Positions 34,040 to 44,449 of a stretch of DNA of 60,643 nucleotides are shown piece after piece. The stretch's first letter is position 1, and every line of letters starts with the position of its first letter. The position numbers were made by a program, and so were the translations under genes. Origin of the DNA: a virus (Duplodnaviria > Caudoviricetes); the IMG/VR virus record IMGVR_UViG_3300030104_001233, positions 1-60,643 of that record. One strand, 5' to 3'. The notes beneath the pieces are model-generated. The model did not search any database. It saw nothing but the letters and a program-made list of their open reading frames with translations, and was not told the origin of the DNA.

Positions 34040-35549
34040 TAATATTTCTCTTAAAGACATACCTAGTGTCTTGCCGTTGTTGTCACAGGCGGATCAGGAA
34101 AAGTTATTAGCCGAGCTGGAGCATCTGGCGAAGCTAAAAAAGCAGAAAAAGGCCCAGACGAGGTTCTTGGACTTTACCAAGCAGATGTGGCCTACGTTTA
34201 TTAGTGGGAAGCATCATGCAAAGATGGCTGAAGCATTTGAACGAGTGGCTAGGGGCGAGTGTAAGCGCCTTATTGTCAATATGCCTCCTCGTCATACTAA
34301 GTCTGAGTTTGCTAGTTACCTTCTTCCTGCTTGGTTTTTGGGTCAATATCCGCATAAAAAGGTTATCCAGACCTCACATACAGCGGAGTTGGCTGTTGGA
34401 TTCGGTAGAAAAGTAAGGAATTTAGTCGATCAGGACGCATATCACGAGATATTTCCTGATTTACACCTGTCAGCAGACAGTAAAGCGGCAGGAAGGTGGA
34501 ACACCAGCAAGGGTGGAGACTACTTTGCGATAGGTGTGGGCGGTGCGGTTACTGGTAAGGGCGCGGATTTGCTGATAATTGACGACCCGCACTCGGAACA
34601 AGAGGCAGCACTGGCTGAAATCAACCCAGATGTCTACGATAAGACGTACGAGTGGTACACATCAGGGCCAAGGCAGCGTCTACAGCCGGGTGGAGCCATC
34701 GTCATAGTGATGACACGCTGGAGTTTGCGGGATTTGACGGCAAAAGTTATCAAATCTTCCGCACAAAGGGGTGGAGATGAGTGGGAAGTCATTGAATTTC
34801 CTGCACTTATGCCAAGTGGCACTCCACTGTGGCCTGAATTTTGGTCGAAAAAGGAATTAAGTGCGCTAAAAGAGGAATTACCTAACTCTAAGTGGATGGC
34901 GCAGTACCAACAGCAGCCGACATCGGAAACATCGGCTATTGTGAAGCGCGAATGGTGGCAAACGTGGGAAGAAGAGAACCCTCCCCCGTGTGATTTCGTG
35001 TTAATGGCGTGGGATACGGCATTTGAGAAGAATAATCGGGCTGACTACTCGGCTTGTACGACATGGGGGGTGTTTTACCACCCAGATGACAACGGAGTAG
35101 AGCAAGCAAACGTGATATTACTCAATGCGTTCAGGGAAAGGATGGAGTTTCCCAAGCTAAAGCGCGTATCTATAGAACAGTACGACGAGTGGCAACCAGA
35201 TTCGCTACTTGTAGAGAAAAAAGCGTCAGGAGCGCCGCTAATTTACGAGCTTCGGGCGATGGGAATACCCGTGCAGGAGTTTACTCCGACGCGAGGTAAC
35301 GACAAAATAACAAGATTGAACGCAGTGTCAGACTTGTTTGCTTCAGGTTTGGTATGGGCACCGAATACAAACTGGGCAGAAGAAGTAATAGACGAGGTTG
35401 CCTCCTTCCCATCAGGAGAGCATGATGACTATGTGGACTCTGTATCATTAGCAATGATGCGGTACAGGAAAGGTGGATTCATAAGGTTGCCTTCGGATGA
35501 AGCAGAAGAAGTGCAATACTTTAAGCAACGTAGAGGCGGGTACTACTAA
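34014..35549 (+). CDS. terL: Terminase large subunit
   Basis: MPPRHTKS, LIIDDPH, VMTRW, AWDTA, VEKKASG and HDDYVDS motifs. Confidence 0.96.
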   Translation: MTSTASPFDNISLKDIPSVLPLLSQADQEKLLAELEHLAKLKKQKKAQTRFLDFTKQMWPTFISGKHHAKMAEAFERVARGECKRLIVNMPPRHTKSEFASYLLPAWFLGQYPHKKVIQTSHTAELAVGFGRKVRNLVDQDAYHEIFPDLHLSADSKAAGRWNTSKGGDYFAIGVGGAVTGKGADLLIIDDPHSEQEAALAEINPDVYDKTYEWYTSGPRQRLQPGGAIVIVMTRWSLRDLTAKVIKSSAQRGGDEWEVIEFPALMPSGTPLWPEFWSKKELSALKEELPNSKWMAQYQQQPTSETSAIVKREWWQTWEEENPPPCDFVLMAWDTAFEKNNRADYSACTTWGVFYHPDDNGVEQANVILLNAFRERMEFPKLKRVSIEQYDEWQPDSLLVEKKASGAPLIYELRAMGIPVQEFTPTRGNDKITRLNAVSDLFASGLVWAPNTNWAEEVIDEVASFPSGEHDDYVDSVSLAMMRYRKGGFIRLPSDEAEEVQYFKQRRGGYY

Positions 35550-36394
35550 TGGCAGATGCAACTTACGAAGAGCGGATGCGTAGGCTGTATCCTATGGGTT
35601 TGGAAGAAGCTCGAAAAGCCTCTGAAGAGTTTGCCAATCAAGAGATGATGGCGGAAATTCAACGCAAACTGCCTGAAAGATTGAGGTTTGGTGGTGAGTT
35701 TGGCCTACCCAGTGCTGTAGCTTACGGCAAAGATGCCGATAGTCGGGCGCAAATCCGTAACTATACTTCTACAGGATCAACAGGAGGTATTCCTACTATA
35801 CTTGGCGAATACTCTAAATCTGCCAGAGGTTTAGGAGTAACTCCAGAATATTATAAAGAGATAAAAGAGCGACGTAAAATTGACCCCCTCATGGATAGCC
35901 CTCTAATTAAGTATATAAGTGGTAAACCAGACTTTGACTCAGCTACTGGTGCAGAGGGAGTATCTGTATTTCAACCGTTAGGGCGCAGTCCTATGGAACG
36001 TGCTTTCAATACTGAAGAAGGGTTTACAGATATACGGGGTGGACGACACACACAGGCTGGAACTATAGCTCACGAACTTACGCATAAGTTTTTTGACAGC
36101 CCTGCGTTTTTAGACTTCTTAAAAGAAACTGGGCGTAACCAAGGAAAGCCGTTTACATTAGCAGGAGACCACCGCTACATTGAAAGTGTCCAACCTGTTG
36201 ACGAAGCTAAAATAGCAGCGCCAGCATTTAGAGCACTTGCACAAGAGGACTACCGTGAATTGTTAAATGATTTTAAACAGTGGGCAACCCCAGAGAAGCA
36301 AGAAAAGTATGGCATTAGACTACCTGTTGAATCTACAAAACCAGAATACCCGTCAATGCTAGATAACCTCATAGATTTTATAAAAGGGCGGTAA
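35549..36394 (+). CDS. Hypothetical protein with HExxH motif
   Basis: TIAHELTH; coupled to the TerL stop codon. Confidence 0.7.
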   Translation: MADATYEERMRRLYPMGLEEARKASEEFANQEMMAEIQRKLPERLRFGGEFGLPSAVAYGKDADSRAQIRNYTSTGSTGGIPTILGEYSKSARGLGVTPEYYKEIKERRKIDPLMDSPLIKYISGKPDFDSATGAEGVSVFQPLGRSPMERAFNTEEGFTDIRGGRHTQAGTIAHELTHKFFDSPAFLDFLKETGRNQGKPFTLAGDHRYIESVQPVDEAKIAAPAFRALAQEDYRELLNDFKQWATPEKQEKYGIRLPVESTKPEYPSMLDNLIDFIKGR

Positions 36395-36401
36395 CATACT
36401 A

Positions 36402-38879
36402 ATGGCTATTGAGAAAGGATTATACGCAACACCAGAAGGCATAAGTGTAGAAGAAGAAACTTTAGAGATTGGGATTGTTAACCCCGATATGGTGACGATG
36501 GATGATGGAAGCGTAGAAGTTACGCTAGTTCCTGAAGAAGGCATGGAAGAAACTATGGGAGCGCCGTTCGACGCTAACCTTGCCGAGTATTTGGACGACC
36601 AGCTTCTAACCACCATAGCCTCTGATTTAATTGATGATTTTGAATCTGATAAGTCAAGTCGTAAGGACTGGGCTGATACCTTTGTTAAAGGGCTTGATGT
36701 TATCGGATTTAAGTACGAAGAACGTACAGACCCGTGGGAAGATGCCTGTGGGGTGTACAGTAACGTACTAGCTGAAGCTGCTATTCGTTTTCAAGCTGAA
36801 GCTATGAGCGAAACGTTTCCCGCCGCTGGTCCTGTCAAGACTAAGATTCTAGGTGAGATTAGTCAGCCAAAGGAGGATGCTGCCCTCCGTGTTCGTACCG
36901 ACATGAACTATGAACTTACTGAAGTCATGGTCGAGTACAGGCCAGAGCATGAGCGACTACTCTATAGTCTCGGTCTTGCAGGATCAGCCTTTAAGAAAGT
37001 GTATTACGACCCCAACCTTGGTCGGCAGGTATCCATGTTTATACCTGCGGAAGATGTGGTTGTGCCGTATGGTGCGTCTAATCTGGAGACAGCAGAGCGT
37101 GTTACGCACGTAATGCGTAAGACCAAGAACGAACTCATCAAGTTACAGGCATTGGGTTTCTATCGGCAGATAGACTTAGGTGACCCTGAAACATTCCATA
37201 CTGACATTGAAGAAGCTAAAGCAGAACAAGGGGGTTACACGCTAAATGCTGATGACCGCTATACAGTCTGTGAGTTTCACGTTGATATGGTTATTGATGA
37301 CATAGACCAAGAGGATGACGAGTTACAGATAGCTAAACCCTACGTCATTACTGTAGAGCGTGGTACGGGCGAAGTGTTAGCGGTAAGACGCAACTGGAAC
37401 CCTGACGATCCTTTGACACTCAAGCGCCAACATTTTGTCCATTACGCTTACGTACCGGGATTTGGCTTCTATGGTCTTGGTTTAATTCACATTATTGGTG
37501 GATATGCTAAAGCAGGTACTTCTCTTATCCGTCAATTAGTTGACGCTGGTACGCTAAGTAACCTACCGGGCGGTCTAAAAACTCGTGGACTACGTGTGCT
37601 TGGTGATGACGGACCCATAGGACCGGGGGAGTTTAAAGACGTAGATGTGCCCAGTGGCAGCATCAAAGAGAACATAATGACTCTTCCTTACAAGGAACCC
37701 AGTCAAACACTACTCGCACTGCTTAAACAGATTACGGAGGAAGGCCGTAGGCTAGGGGCTATTTCAGATATGAACATATCTGACATGAGTGCTAATGCTC
37801 CGGTTGGAACAACATTAGCCCTACTAGAACGTACCTTAAAGCCAATGGCTGCGGTACAGGCGCGGGTACATTATGCAATGAAACAGGAGTTTAAACTGCT
37901 CCGTGCGATTATTGCTGAACACGCTCCTGAAACTTACATATATGTACCAGATCGAGGTGAACCTCGTGCAAGACGTGAAGACTACGCGATGGTTGAAGTC
38001 ATTCCTGTTAGTGACCCTAATAGCAGTACGATGGCCCAACGGGTAGTGCAGTATCAGGCTGTGTTGCAGATGTCACAGGCTACTCCACAGATATACGACC
38101 TGCCTCAGTTACATAGACAGATGATCGAAGTGCTAGGCATAAAGAATGCAGACAAGCTAGTGCCTACTAAAGATGATATTAAACCTATCGACCCAGTAAG
38201 TGAAAATATGAACGTGCTGGTGGGTAAACCGATAAAAGCCTTTATATATCAAGACCATAAGGCACACATTGCTGTACATGAAGCGTTCTTGCAAGACCCA
38301 CAGATAGCTGCGTTTATTGGACAAAACCCTGCTGCACAACAGATTGTAGCTGCTCTTAAAGCGCACATAGGGGAACACATGGCCTTCTTGTATAGGCAAC
38401 AGATAGAAGAAAGACTAGGTGCGCCGCTTCCGCAGCCTGATGAAGAGATGCCAGAGGTTGTAGAGGAGAACTTGTCTAGGCTGATGAGCCAAGCTGCTAT
38501 AGAGCTTACACAACAAAAACAGGCTCAAGCTGCACAACAGCAAGCACAGCAGCAAGCACAAGACCCTGCATTCCAGATGAAGCAAGCAGAATTGCAGCTT
38601 AAGGCGCAAGAACAACAGAGAAAAGCGGCTAAAGATCAAGCAGATACAATGCTTGACGCTGCAAAACTTGAGCTTGATAAAGAAAAAGCAACCACTAATG
38701 CTACTTTAGAAGCCAATAGAATAGCCGCGCAGAACCAAGCTGCGGAAGCCAAGAACGATATAGAAGAAGCAAAGGTAATCATGGATGCGACTAAGACGGC
38801 TAACGAAGATAGAAGGACTAGAGCCGAAGCAGAACGAGCCAGAGCTGAAGCACTACGCGACGATAGAGAGGATAGGTAA
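36402..38879 (+). CDS. Portal protein (P22-like, long C-terminal barrel)
   Basis: 825 aa after TerL; SRKDW, GSAFKKVYYD and GFGFYGLG; Gln/Ala-rich coiled-coil C-terminus. Confidence 0.85.
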   Translation: MAIEKGLYATPEGISVEEETLEIGIVNPDMVTMDDGSVEVTLVPEEGMEETMGAPFDANLAEYLDDQLLTTIASDLIDDFESDKSSRKDWADTFVKGLDVIGFKYEERTDPWEDACGVYSNVLAEAAIRFQAEAMSETFPAAGPVKTKILGEISQPKEDAALRVRTDMNYELTEVMVEYRPEHERLLYSLGLAGSAFKKVYYDPNLGRQVSMFIPAEDVVVPYGASNLETAERVTHVMRKTKNELIKLQALGFYRQIDLGDPETFHTDIEEAKAEQGGYTLNADDRYTVCEFHVDMVIDDIDQEDDELQIAKPYVITVERGTGEVLAVRRNWNPDDPLTLKRQHFVHYAYVPGFGFYGLGLIHIIGGYAKAGTSLIRQLVDAGTLSNLPGGLKTRGLRVLGDDGPIGPGEFKDVDVPSGSIKENIMTLPYKEPSQTLLALLKQITEEGRRLGAISDMNISDMSANAPVGTTLALLERTLKPMAAVQARVHYAMKQEFKLLRAIIAEHAPETYIYVPDRGEPRARREDYAMVEVIPVSDPNSSTMAQRVVQYQAVLQMSQATPQIYDLPQLHRQMIEVLGIKNADKLVPTKDDIKPIDPVSENMNVLVGKPIKAFIYQDHKAHIAVHEAFLQDPQIAAFIGQNPAAQQIVAALKAHIGEHMAFLYRQQIEERLGAPLPQPDEEMPEVVEENLSRLMSQAAIELTQQKQAQAAQQQAQQQAQDPAFQMKQAELQLKAQEQQRKAAKDQADTMLDAAKLELDKEKATTNATLEANRIAAQNQAAEAKNDIEEAKVIMDATKTANEDRRTRAEAERARAEALRDDREDR

Positions 38880-39076
38880 TGGCTAAAACAGTCTTTCAGG
38901 TTCTTGAAGAAAAGCTAGACGAGCTACAAAAACAGCAAGAAGAATGGATGCACGGCGGTAGTGCGCAAGACTACGCCGAATACAAAGAATCGTGCGGGGT
39001 AATCCGGGGTCTAGCTGCCGCACGCAGAGAAATACAAGACCTCTCGCGTAACTATATGGAAGACGATGATGACTGA
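38879..39076 (+). CDS. Small helical hypothetical protein
   Basis: Coupled to portal; DYAEYKESCGVIRGL. Confidence 0.75.
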   Translation: MAKTVFQVLEEKLDELQKQQEEWMHGGSAQDYAEYKESCGVIRGLAAARREIQDLSRNYMEDDDD

Positions 39077-39497
39077 ACCAGCAGTTGAAATGACGGCTAT
39101 TGAGGCCAAGCGAAAGAAGAAGATAGAAGAACAGGAGCTTGAACGACAAAAGGAAGTGGTGCTAGACAAGCACATACCGAAACCCGTTGGGTATCGTGTG
39201 ATGGTGGCTCTTGCCAATGTAGACGACAAATTCGACGGTGGTATTGCAAAGGCTACTCAAACTATAAGGGAAGAAAACATTCTCCAAATGACAGGTGTTA
39301 TCTGCGATATGGGGGACGAAGCCTATAAGGATAAAGAGCGTTTCCCTAATGGTCCGTGGTGCAAAGAAGGAGATTATGTGGTCTTTCGAGCTAATACAGG
39401 TACAAGAATTAGAGTGGGTGATGTCGAGTATCGCATTATGAACGATGACTCGATTGAAGCCGTAATTGATGATCCGAGTAAATTAACTCGTGCGTGA
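39066..39497 (+). CDS. groES: GroES-like co-chaperonin
   Basis: PKPVGYRVMV, GGI, KEGDYVVF and YRIMNDDSIEAVI. Confidence 0.85.
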   Translation: MMTEPAVEMTAIEAKRKKKIEEQELERQKEVVLDKHIPKPVGYRVMVALANVDDKFDGGIAKATQTIREENILQMTGVICDMGDEAYKDKERFPNGPWCKEGDYVVFRANTGTRIRVGDVEYRIMNDDSIEAVIDDPSKLTRA

Positions 39498-39507
39498 GGA
39501 ATAAATT

Positions 39508-40611
39508 ATGCCAATGCAACAAGTAGAATATGAGTTTCCTGATCCAGAGAAGAATGAAAAAGTACAGGAAGTAGAAGTCAAGGAAGAAGAAGTAATAGAT
39601 ACCAATATAGAGGTAGAGGGTGCGGTAGGGCGTGAAACTATAGGGAAGCCTGCTAAAAAGGAAGAAAAAGCAGAGAAACCAGAAAGCACTATAAAAACAG
39701 GTGATGTTGAAATAGAAGTAGAAGATGATACTCCCCCTGCGGATAGAGGGCGTAAACCTTCTGAGCCTCCTGAAGAAGTGACTAACGAAGAGTTAGAGAA
39801 CTATTCAGAAAAAGTTAAAAAGCGTATCCAGCATTTTAGTAAAGGTTACCACGATGAGCGTAGGGCTAAAGAGCAAGCTACTCGTGAAAGGGAAGAGGCT
39901 ATACTTTATGCCCAGAAACTTGTTGAGGAAAATCAACGACTAAAGGCTACAGGGGACCAAAACCATAATGCTTTAATTCAATCTGCTAAAAAACAAGTTG
40001 AGTCTGAACTTGTTGTAGCCCAACAGAACCTTAAAAAAGCGCACGAAGATGGAGAGACTGATAAACTTATTGAAGCACAACAACAGTTAAACCAAGCGCA
40101 AATACGAGCAGATAAAGTAAATAGCCTTAAACCTAAAGCAACGCAGAATGTACAAGGCTCTTTACAACCGCAAGAAAATAATGTTCAATCACAAGAACTT
40201 GCGTCTCCAGAGCCACAGCAATTTCAACGTGATGAGAAAGCTGAAGCATGGGCCGATAAGAATACATGGTTCGGAAACGGGCCAGAAGGTGATCCAGAGA
40301 TGACAGCGTTAGCTTATGGATTACATACAAAATTAGTTAATGAGGGCATTAGTCCTCAGTCTGATGAATACTACGAGAAAATTGATTCTCGTATGCGAGA
40401 AGTATTCCCCAGTCAGTTTGATGACGGGATAGACGACGAGCCAGAGGAGGCTCCCAAGAAGAAATCGAGCAATGTGGTTGCACCCGCTACGCGGAGCACT
40501 GGACCTAAGAAGGTCAAATTAAAGCAATCACAAATAGCTTTAGCGAAACGTCTTGGGGTTCCACTGGATCAATACGCCAAACAGGTTGCTGAATTAGCGA
40601 GGAAACAATAA
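39508..40611 (+). CDS. Putative capsid scaffolding protein
   Basis: Acidic N-terminus, coiled coil, C-terminal IALAKRLGVPLDQYAK helix; upstream of the capsid genes. Confidence 0.7.
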   Translation: MPMQQVEYEFPDPEKNEKVQEVEVKEEEVIDTNIEVEGAVGRETIGKPAKKEEKAEKPESTIKTGDVEIEVEDDTPPADRGRKPSEPPEEVTNEELENYSEKVKKRIQHFSKGYHDERRAKEQATREREEAILYAQKLVEENQRLKATGDQNHNALIQSAKKQVESELVVAQQNLKKAHEDGETDKLIEAQQQLNQAQIRADKVNSLKPKATQNVQGSLQPQENNVQSQELASPEPQQFQRDEKAEAWADKNTWFGNGPEGDPEMTALAYGLHTKLVNEGISPQSDEYYEKIDSRMREVFPSQFDDGIDDEPEEAPKKKSSNVVAPATRSTGPKKVKLKQSQIALAKRLGVPLDQYAKQVAELARKQ

Positions 40612-41061
40612 ATGGGTGAAATTAATAGAGATAAACGAGAGGCAGACTCCAGAGTTACAAAAACCAGAAAGCGTTCATGGGAAAGGCCAGAAGTATTGCC
40701 TAAACCTGAAAAGCAAGACGGTTATGAGTATCGCTGGATACGTATAAGCACTCGTGGTACTCCTGATGCCACCAATGTTTCCGCAAAGCTACGAGAAGGT
40801 TGGGAGCCAGTAAAAGCTCAAGACCACCCAGAAATCTTTACTGATTCTATTATAGATGATCGGTTTAAAGATAATGTTGTTGTAGGTGGTTTAATGCTTT
40901 GTAAAGCTCCCGAAGAGCTTGTCAAAGAGCGCAATGACTATTACAAGCAGCAAACCGCTGCTCAAATGCGTTCAGTTGACAATAACTTAATGCGTGAAAG
41001 TGATCCTCGTATGCCTATATTTAATGATAGGAAATCGACGGTTACTTTTGGTAAAGGATAA
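40612..41061 (+). CDS. Hypothetical head-module protein
   Basis: GYEYRWIR, LREGWEPV and GGLMLC motifs; between scaffold and capsid genes. Confidence 0.75.
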   Translation: MGEINRDKREADSRVTKTRKRSWERPEVLPKPEKQDGYEYRWIRISTRGTPDATNVSAKLREGWEPVKAQDHPEIFTDSIIDDRFKDNVVVGGLMLCKAPEELVKERNDYYKQQTAAQMRSVDNNLMRESDPRMPIFNDRKSTVTFGKG

Positions 41062-41075
41062 TTTAGGAGTCTATC

Positions 41076-41681
41076 ATGGCATCTTCTGCTACCCCTTACG
41101 GTTTAAAAGCCGTAAATCTGATAGGAGGACAGCCTTATGCTGGTTCCACCCGTCAGATAAAGATAGCGTCCGGTTATGATACCAATATCTTCAATGGGTC
41201 TGTTGTATCCATTGTAGCTGGCGGTACTATTGAAATCGTGACGACAAATGGAGATAACTCAACTGGGTTTCCAGCAGGTACTATTGGTGTATTTGTTGGT
41301 TGTACCTATACTGATCCAAGTACTAGCCAAATAACATTTAGGCAAAGCTGGCCCGCTAATACAGTGGCTGCTGACGCAAAAGCCTATATTGTTGATGATC
41401 CTGATGTGGTCTTCCAAGTACAGGCCGATGGCGCTGTTACTCAGGCGGATTTGGGTCAGAACGTCAAATTGGCAGCAGTTCAGTCTACAAGCACTGGAGA
41501 TACCACTACTGGTAATTCCACTAGTGCTGTGTCGGCTACAACTGCTTCAACTTCTGGTTTTGCCTTCAGAATCGTTGATTTTGTTGACGGTCCAGAGTCA
41601 TCTGTCGGTGATGCGTTTACGGATTTATTAGTTAAATTTAATCCAGATTCGCATTCATACACTAACAAGACTGGAATATAA
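41076..41681 (+). CDS. Putative capsid decoration/cement protein
   Basis: Gly/Thr/Ser-rich beta protein immediately before the MCP; AGGAG RBS. Confidence 0.6.
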   Translation: MASSATPYGLKAVNLIGGQPYAGSTRQIKIASGYDTNIFNGSVVSIVAGGTIEIVTTNGDNSTGFPAGTIGVFVGCTYTDPSTSQITFRQSWPANTVAADAKAYIVDDPDVVFQVQADGAVTQADLGQNVKLAAVQSTSTGDTTTGNSTSAVSATTASTSGFAFRIVDFVDGPESSVGDAFTDLLVKFNPDSHSYTNKTGI

Positions 41682-41695
41682 GGAGTTATTGAGAT

Positions 41696-42607
41696 ATGGC
41701 TATTTCAAGAGCGCAATTACTCAAAGAGCTTCTTCCGGGCCTGAACGCCCTGTTTGGTCTTGAGTATGCAAAATATGGTGAGGAAGCCGCAGAAATCTTT
41801 GAAACAGAGAGTTCTGACCGTTCCTTTGAAGAAGAAACTAAGTTATCAGGCTTCGGAGCTGCCCCAGTTAAAAACGAAGGCGCTGCGATTGCTTATGATA
41901 ATGCCCAAGAAGCGTATACTGCTAGGTATAACCACGAGACAATTTCTATGGGATTCTCAGTAACTGAAGAAGCTATTGAGGACAACCTGTATGATTCCTT
42001 GTCTGCTAGATATACTAAAGCACTAGCACGCGCAATGGCTTATACCAAGCAAGTTAAGGGAGCTGCAATATTAAACAATGCGTTTGATAATACGGTAACT
42101 TATGGCGATGGTGTAGAGCTTTGTTCTACTGCACACCCTTTGGTGTCTGGTGGTACTAACTCTAATGAGCCAGCAACTGGTGCTGATTTGAACGAAACTT
42201 CTTTAGAAGCTGCGGTCATTCAGATTGCTGGTTGGACTGACGAGCGTGGTCTGTTAATAGCAGCCAAGCCTCGCAAGTTGGTAGTTCCTTCGGACCTTCA
42301 GTTTGTAGCAACTCGTTTGTTAGATACTGAACTTCGCACAAACACGGCTGATAACGACCTCAACGCTATCAGGCATAACGGTTCAATCCCAGAGGGTTAC
42401 ACAGTTAACCATTATCTGACTGATACCAATGCTTGGTTCTTGATGACGGACGTTCCAAACGGCCTTAAGCATTTTGTGCGTACGCCCATGCAAACCTCAA
42501 TGGATGCTGATTTTGATACTGGTAACAGTAGATATAAGGCCCGTGAGCGTTATAGCTTTGGTGTATCTGATCCGTTAGGTATCTTCGGTTCCCCCGGAGC
42601 TAGCTAA
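41696..42607 (+). CDS. Major capsid protein
   Basis: MAISRAQLLKELLPGLNALFGLEY N-terminus and KARERYSFG C-terminus; strong RBS; followed by a terminator. Confidence 0.9.
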   Translation: MAISRAQLLKELLPGLNALFGLEYAKYGEEAAEIFETESSDRSFEEETKLSGFGAAPVKNEGAAIAYDNAQEAYTARYNHETISMGFSVTEEAIEDNLYDSLSARYTKALARAMAYTKQVKGAAILNNAFDNTVTYGDGVELCSTAHPLVSGGTNSNEPATGADLNETSLEAAVIQIAGWTDERGLLIAAKPRKLVVPSDLQFVATRLLDTELRTNTADNDLNAIRHNGSIPEGYTVNHYLTDTNAWFLMTDVPNGLKHFVRTPMQTSMDADFDTGNSRYKARERYSFGVSDPLGIFGSPGAS

Positions 42608-42615
42608 AGCTAGTT

Positions 42616-42647
42616 GAGAGAGGGGCACTTGTTGCCCCTTTTTCTTT
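42616..42647 (+). terminator. Rho-independent terminator after the MCP
   Basis: GAGAGGGGCA-cttgt-TGCCCCTTTT followed by TCTTT. Confidence 0.85.
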
Positions 42648-42720
42648 GTTATACTATAAATCCATCCTGACTGCGCTCCATTGGGGAGGCGGCAGACTTT
42701 AGCCACGACAGGAGAAATAT

Positions 42721-43422
42721 ATGGCTACTCATCACAATACCCCCGTGTTGTACAGCGGCTATGCGTCCGGTTACAAAGACCTTCGTGAAATGCCAATGTC
42801 AATCAACCCCGACTACTATTGCCTAGAAGACGATTTCGTTTATGAACTCGACACAGGTTGGGTAGTTGTCAAAGACTCTGGTGCTACTGTAGCTATTGTA
42901 GCTGACACTATAGGTGGAGAGCTTGCGATTACTTCCGCAGGTACTACCGATAATGACGGCGGCTCTGTGCAGGGCAATGAAATTTTTGCTGTTGCAGCAA
43001 ATAAAAATATGTTTTTTCAAACCCGCGTTAAAAATAATGATGTAGATCAAACTGATATGTGTTTTGGTTTTACCGTTAATTTTGCTACTAACCCGGAAAA
43101 CATGTTGACCGCAACAGATCGTATCGTATTTCAAGTAAATGATGGAGATGCTTCTATTCTGTGTAAAACAGAAAAAGATGGCACTGAAACTTCCACTGAT
43201 TCTGGCGTAGATATGGTCGATAATACTTACATTAAACTAGGTATCTCATGTGAAGGTACGGGTAGAGTTGAATTTTTCATCAACGACAACCTTGTAGCCA
43301 CACACGGCACAAATATTCCTGATGATGAAAATTTAACCATAGCAGCCATGAGCTTATCTGGTAGTGCATCAGGTACTCGTGCGACTACTATTGATTATCT
43401 AATGGGCGCTAGAACTCGTTAA
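42721..43422 (+). CDS. Putative virion structural protein (beta-rich, lectin-like fold possible)
   Basis: 233 aa, acidic and beta-strand rich (VEFFINDNLVATH); AGGAG RBS. Confidence 0.6.
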   Translation: MATHHNTPVLYSGYASGYKDLREMPMSINPDYYCLEDDFVYELDTGWVVVKDSGATVAIVADTIGGELAITSAGTTDNDGGSVQGNEIFAVAANKNMFFQTRVKNNDVDQTDMCFGFTVNFATNPENMLTATDRIVFQVNDGDASILCKTEKDGTETSTDSGVDMVDNTYIKLGISCEGTGRVEFFINDNLVATHGTNIPDDENLTIAAMSLSGSASGTRATTIDYLMGARTR

Positions 43423-43434
43423 TAGGGGGTAATT

Positions 43435-43563
43435 ATGGCTACGGCTAAGAAAAAAGCACCCGCTAAAAAGAAAGCGGCCCCCAAAAAAGCTGCAAAAGGC
43501 GGTCTTGTACCCGGCACTGCTGAGTATAAAGCCGCTGTATTGCGGGGTGAAATTAAGGAGTAA
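43435..43563 (+). CDS. Small Lys/Ala/Pro-rich histone-H1-like peptide (42 aa, not in ORF track)
   Basis: MATAKKKAPAKKKAAPKKAAKGGLVPGTAEYKAAVLRGEIKE; AGGGGG RBS. Confidence 0.75.
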   Translation: MATAKKKAPAKKKAAPKKAAKGGLVPGTAEYKAAVLRGEIKE

Positions 43564-43566
43564 GTT

Positions 43567-44166
43567 ATGTCCAAAGGTGATATTTTCGCCATAACTCCCT
43601 CCACTAGTGCTACGTTGTTAAAAGCAGCGGCAGGTATTAGTGGTGCTGGAGCTGTTACGTTGCTTACTAATGATGTTAGTCCTTTTGGTACTGGTTATAA
43701 CCTTTTGTTTACCTCTGCGGGTGATGATAGGGGTATAACTTTTACCATCACAGGAATTAAAGTGGGTAGTCTTACTGGTGAAGCCGTTACTGAAGTAGTG
43801 ACGGGCGCTAACGCTAGTACTGCTTCTTCTACTAATTTCTATACGGTGGTAACTAGTGTAGTAGCTAGTGGTGCTTCTGCGGGTAACGTAAGTATTGGTA
43901 CTACAGGTTCGTTAGCGTTTGGTCGCACTAGGATTAAGAGTGTTTATTATGTAGGTGCAGGTTCTGCGGGGTCGTTAAAGTTTAACCTTAATAGCGCCAG
44001 CGGAACTCTTCTTCTACAAGTTGATACTCCTGCGTCCTCTTCTTCGTTTGCTGACAGTGTAACTATACCTGACGAGGGTATTCTTACTCAGCGCAGCAAT
44101 AGTAGTAGTGACTTTACAATACTGACTCTAAGCAACATTACTAATGTAACGGTGTTCTGTGGTTAA
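43567..44166 (+). CDS. Putative virion structural protein
   Basis: Gly/Ser/Thr-rich beta protein; AAGGAG RBS. Confidence 0.65.
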   Translation: MSKGDIFAITPSTSATLLKAAAGISGAGAVTLLTNDVSPFGTGYNLLFTSAGDDRGITFTITGIKVGSLTGEAVTEVVTGANASTASSTNFYTVVTSVVASGASAGNVSIGTTGSLAFGRTRIKSVYYVGAGSAGSLKFNLNSASGTLLLQVDTPASSSSFADSVTIPDEGILTQRSNSSSDFTILTLSNITNVTVFCG

Positions 44167-44449
44167 GAAAAAGGGAACTATGAAAGGCCACACCATTAAA
44201 GGTGGTCATAAGCGTCCGACTAAATCTGGCGCAGGTATGACCAAGAAGGGTGTGGCTAAATACCGTAGGGACAATCCCGGCTCTAAACTCAAAACAGCCG
44301 TTACTGGTAAAGTGAAGAAAGGCAGCAAAGCCGCAAAGCGGCGTAAGTCATTCTGTGCGCGTTCTGCTGGTCAGATGAAAAAGTTTCCAAAAGCAGCTAA
44401 GAATCCTAATTCTAGGCTGCGCCAAGCAAGAAAAAGGTGGAAGTGTTAG
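44159..44449 (+). CDS. Small highly basic protein
   Basis: NPGSKLKTAVT, RRKSFCAR and C-terminal RWKC. Confidence 0.75.
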   Translation: MVKKKGTMKGHTIKGGHKRPTKSGAGMTKKGVAKYRRDNPGSKLKTAVTGKVKKGSKAAKRRKSFCARSAGQMKKFPKAAKNPNSRLRQARKRWKC

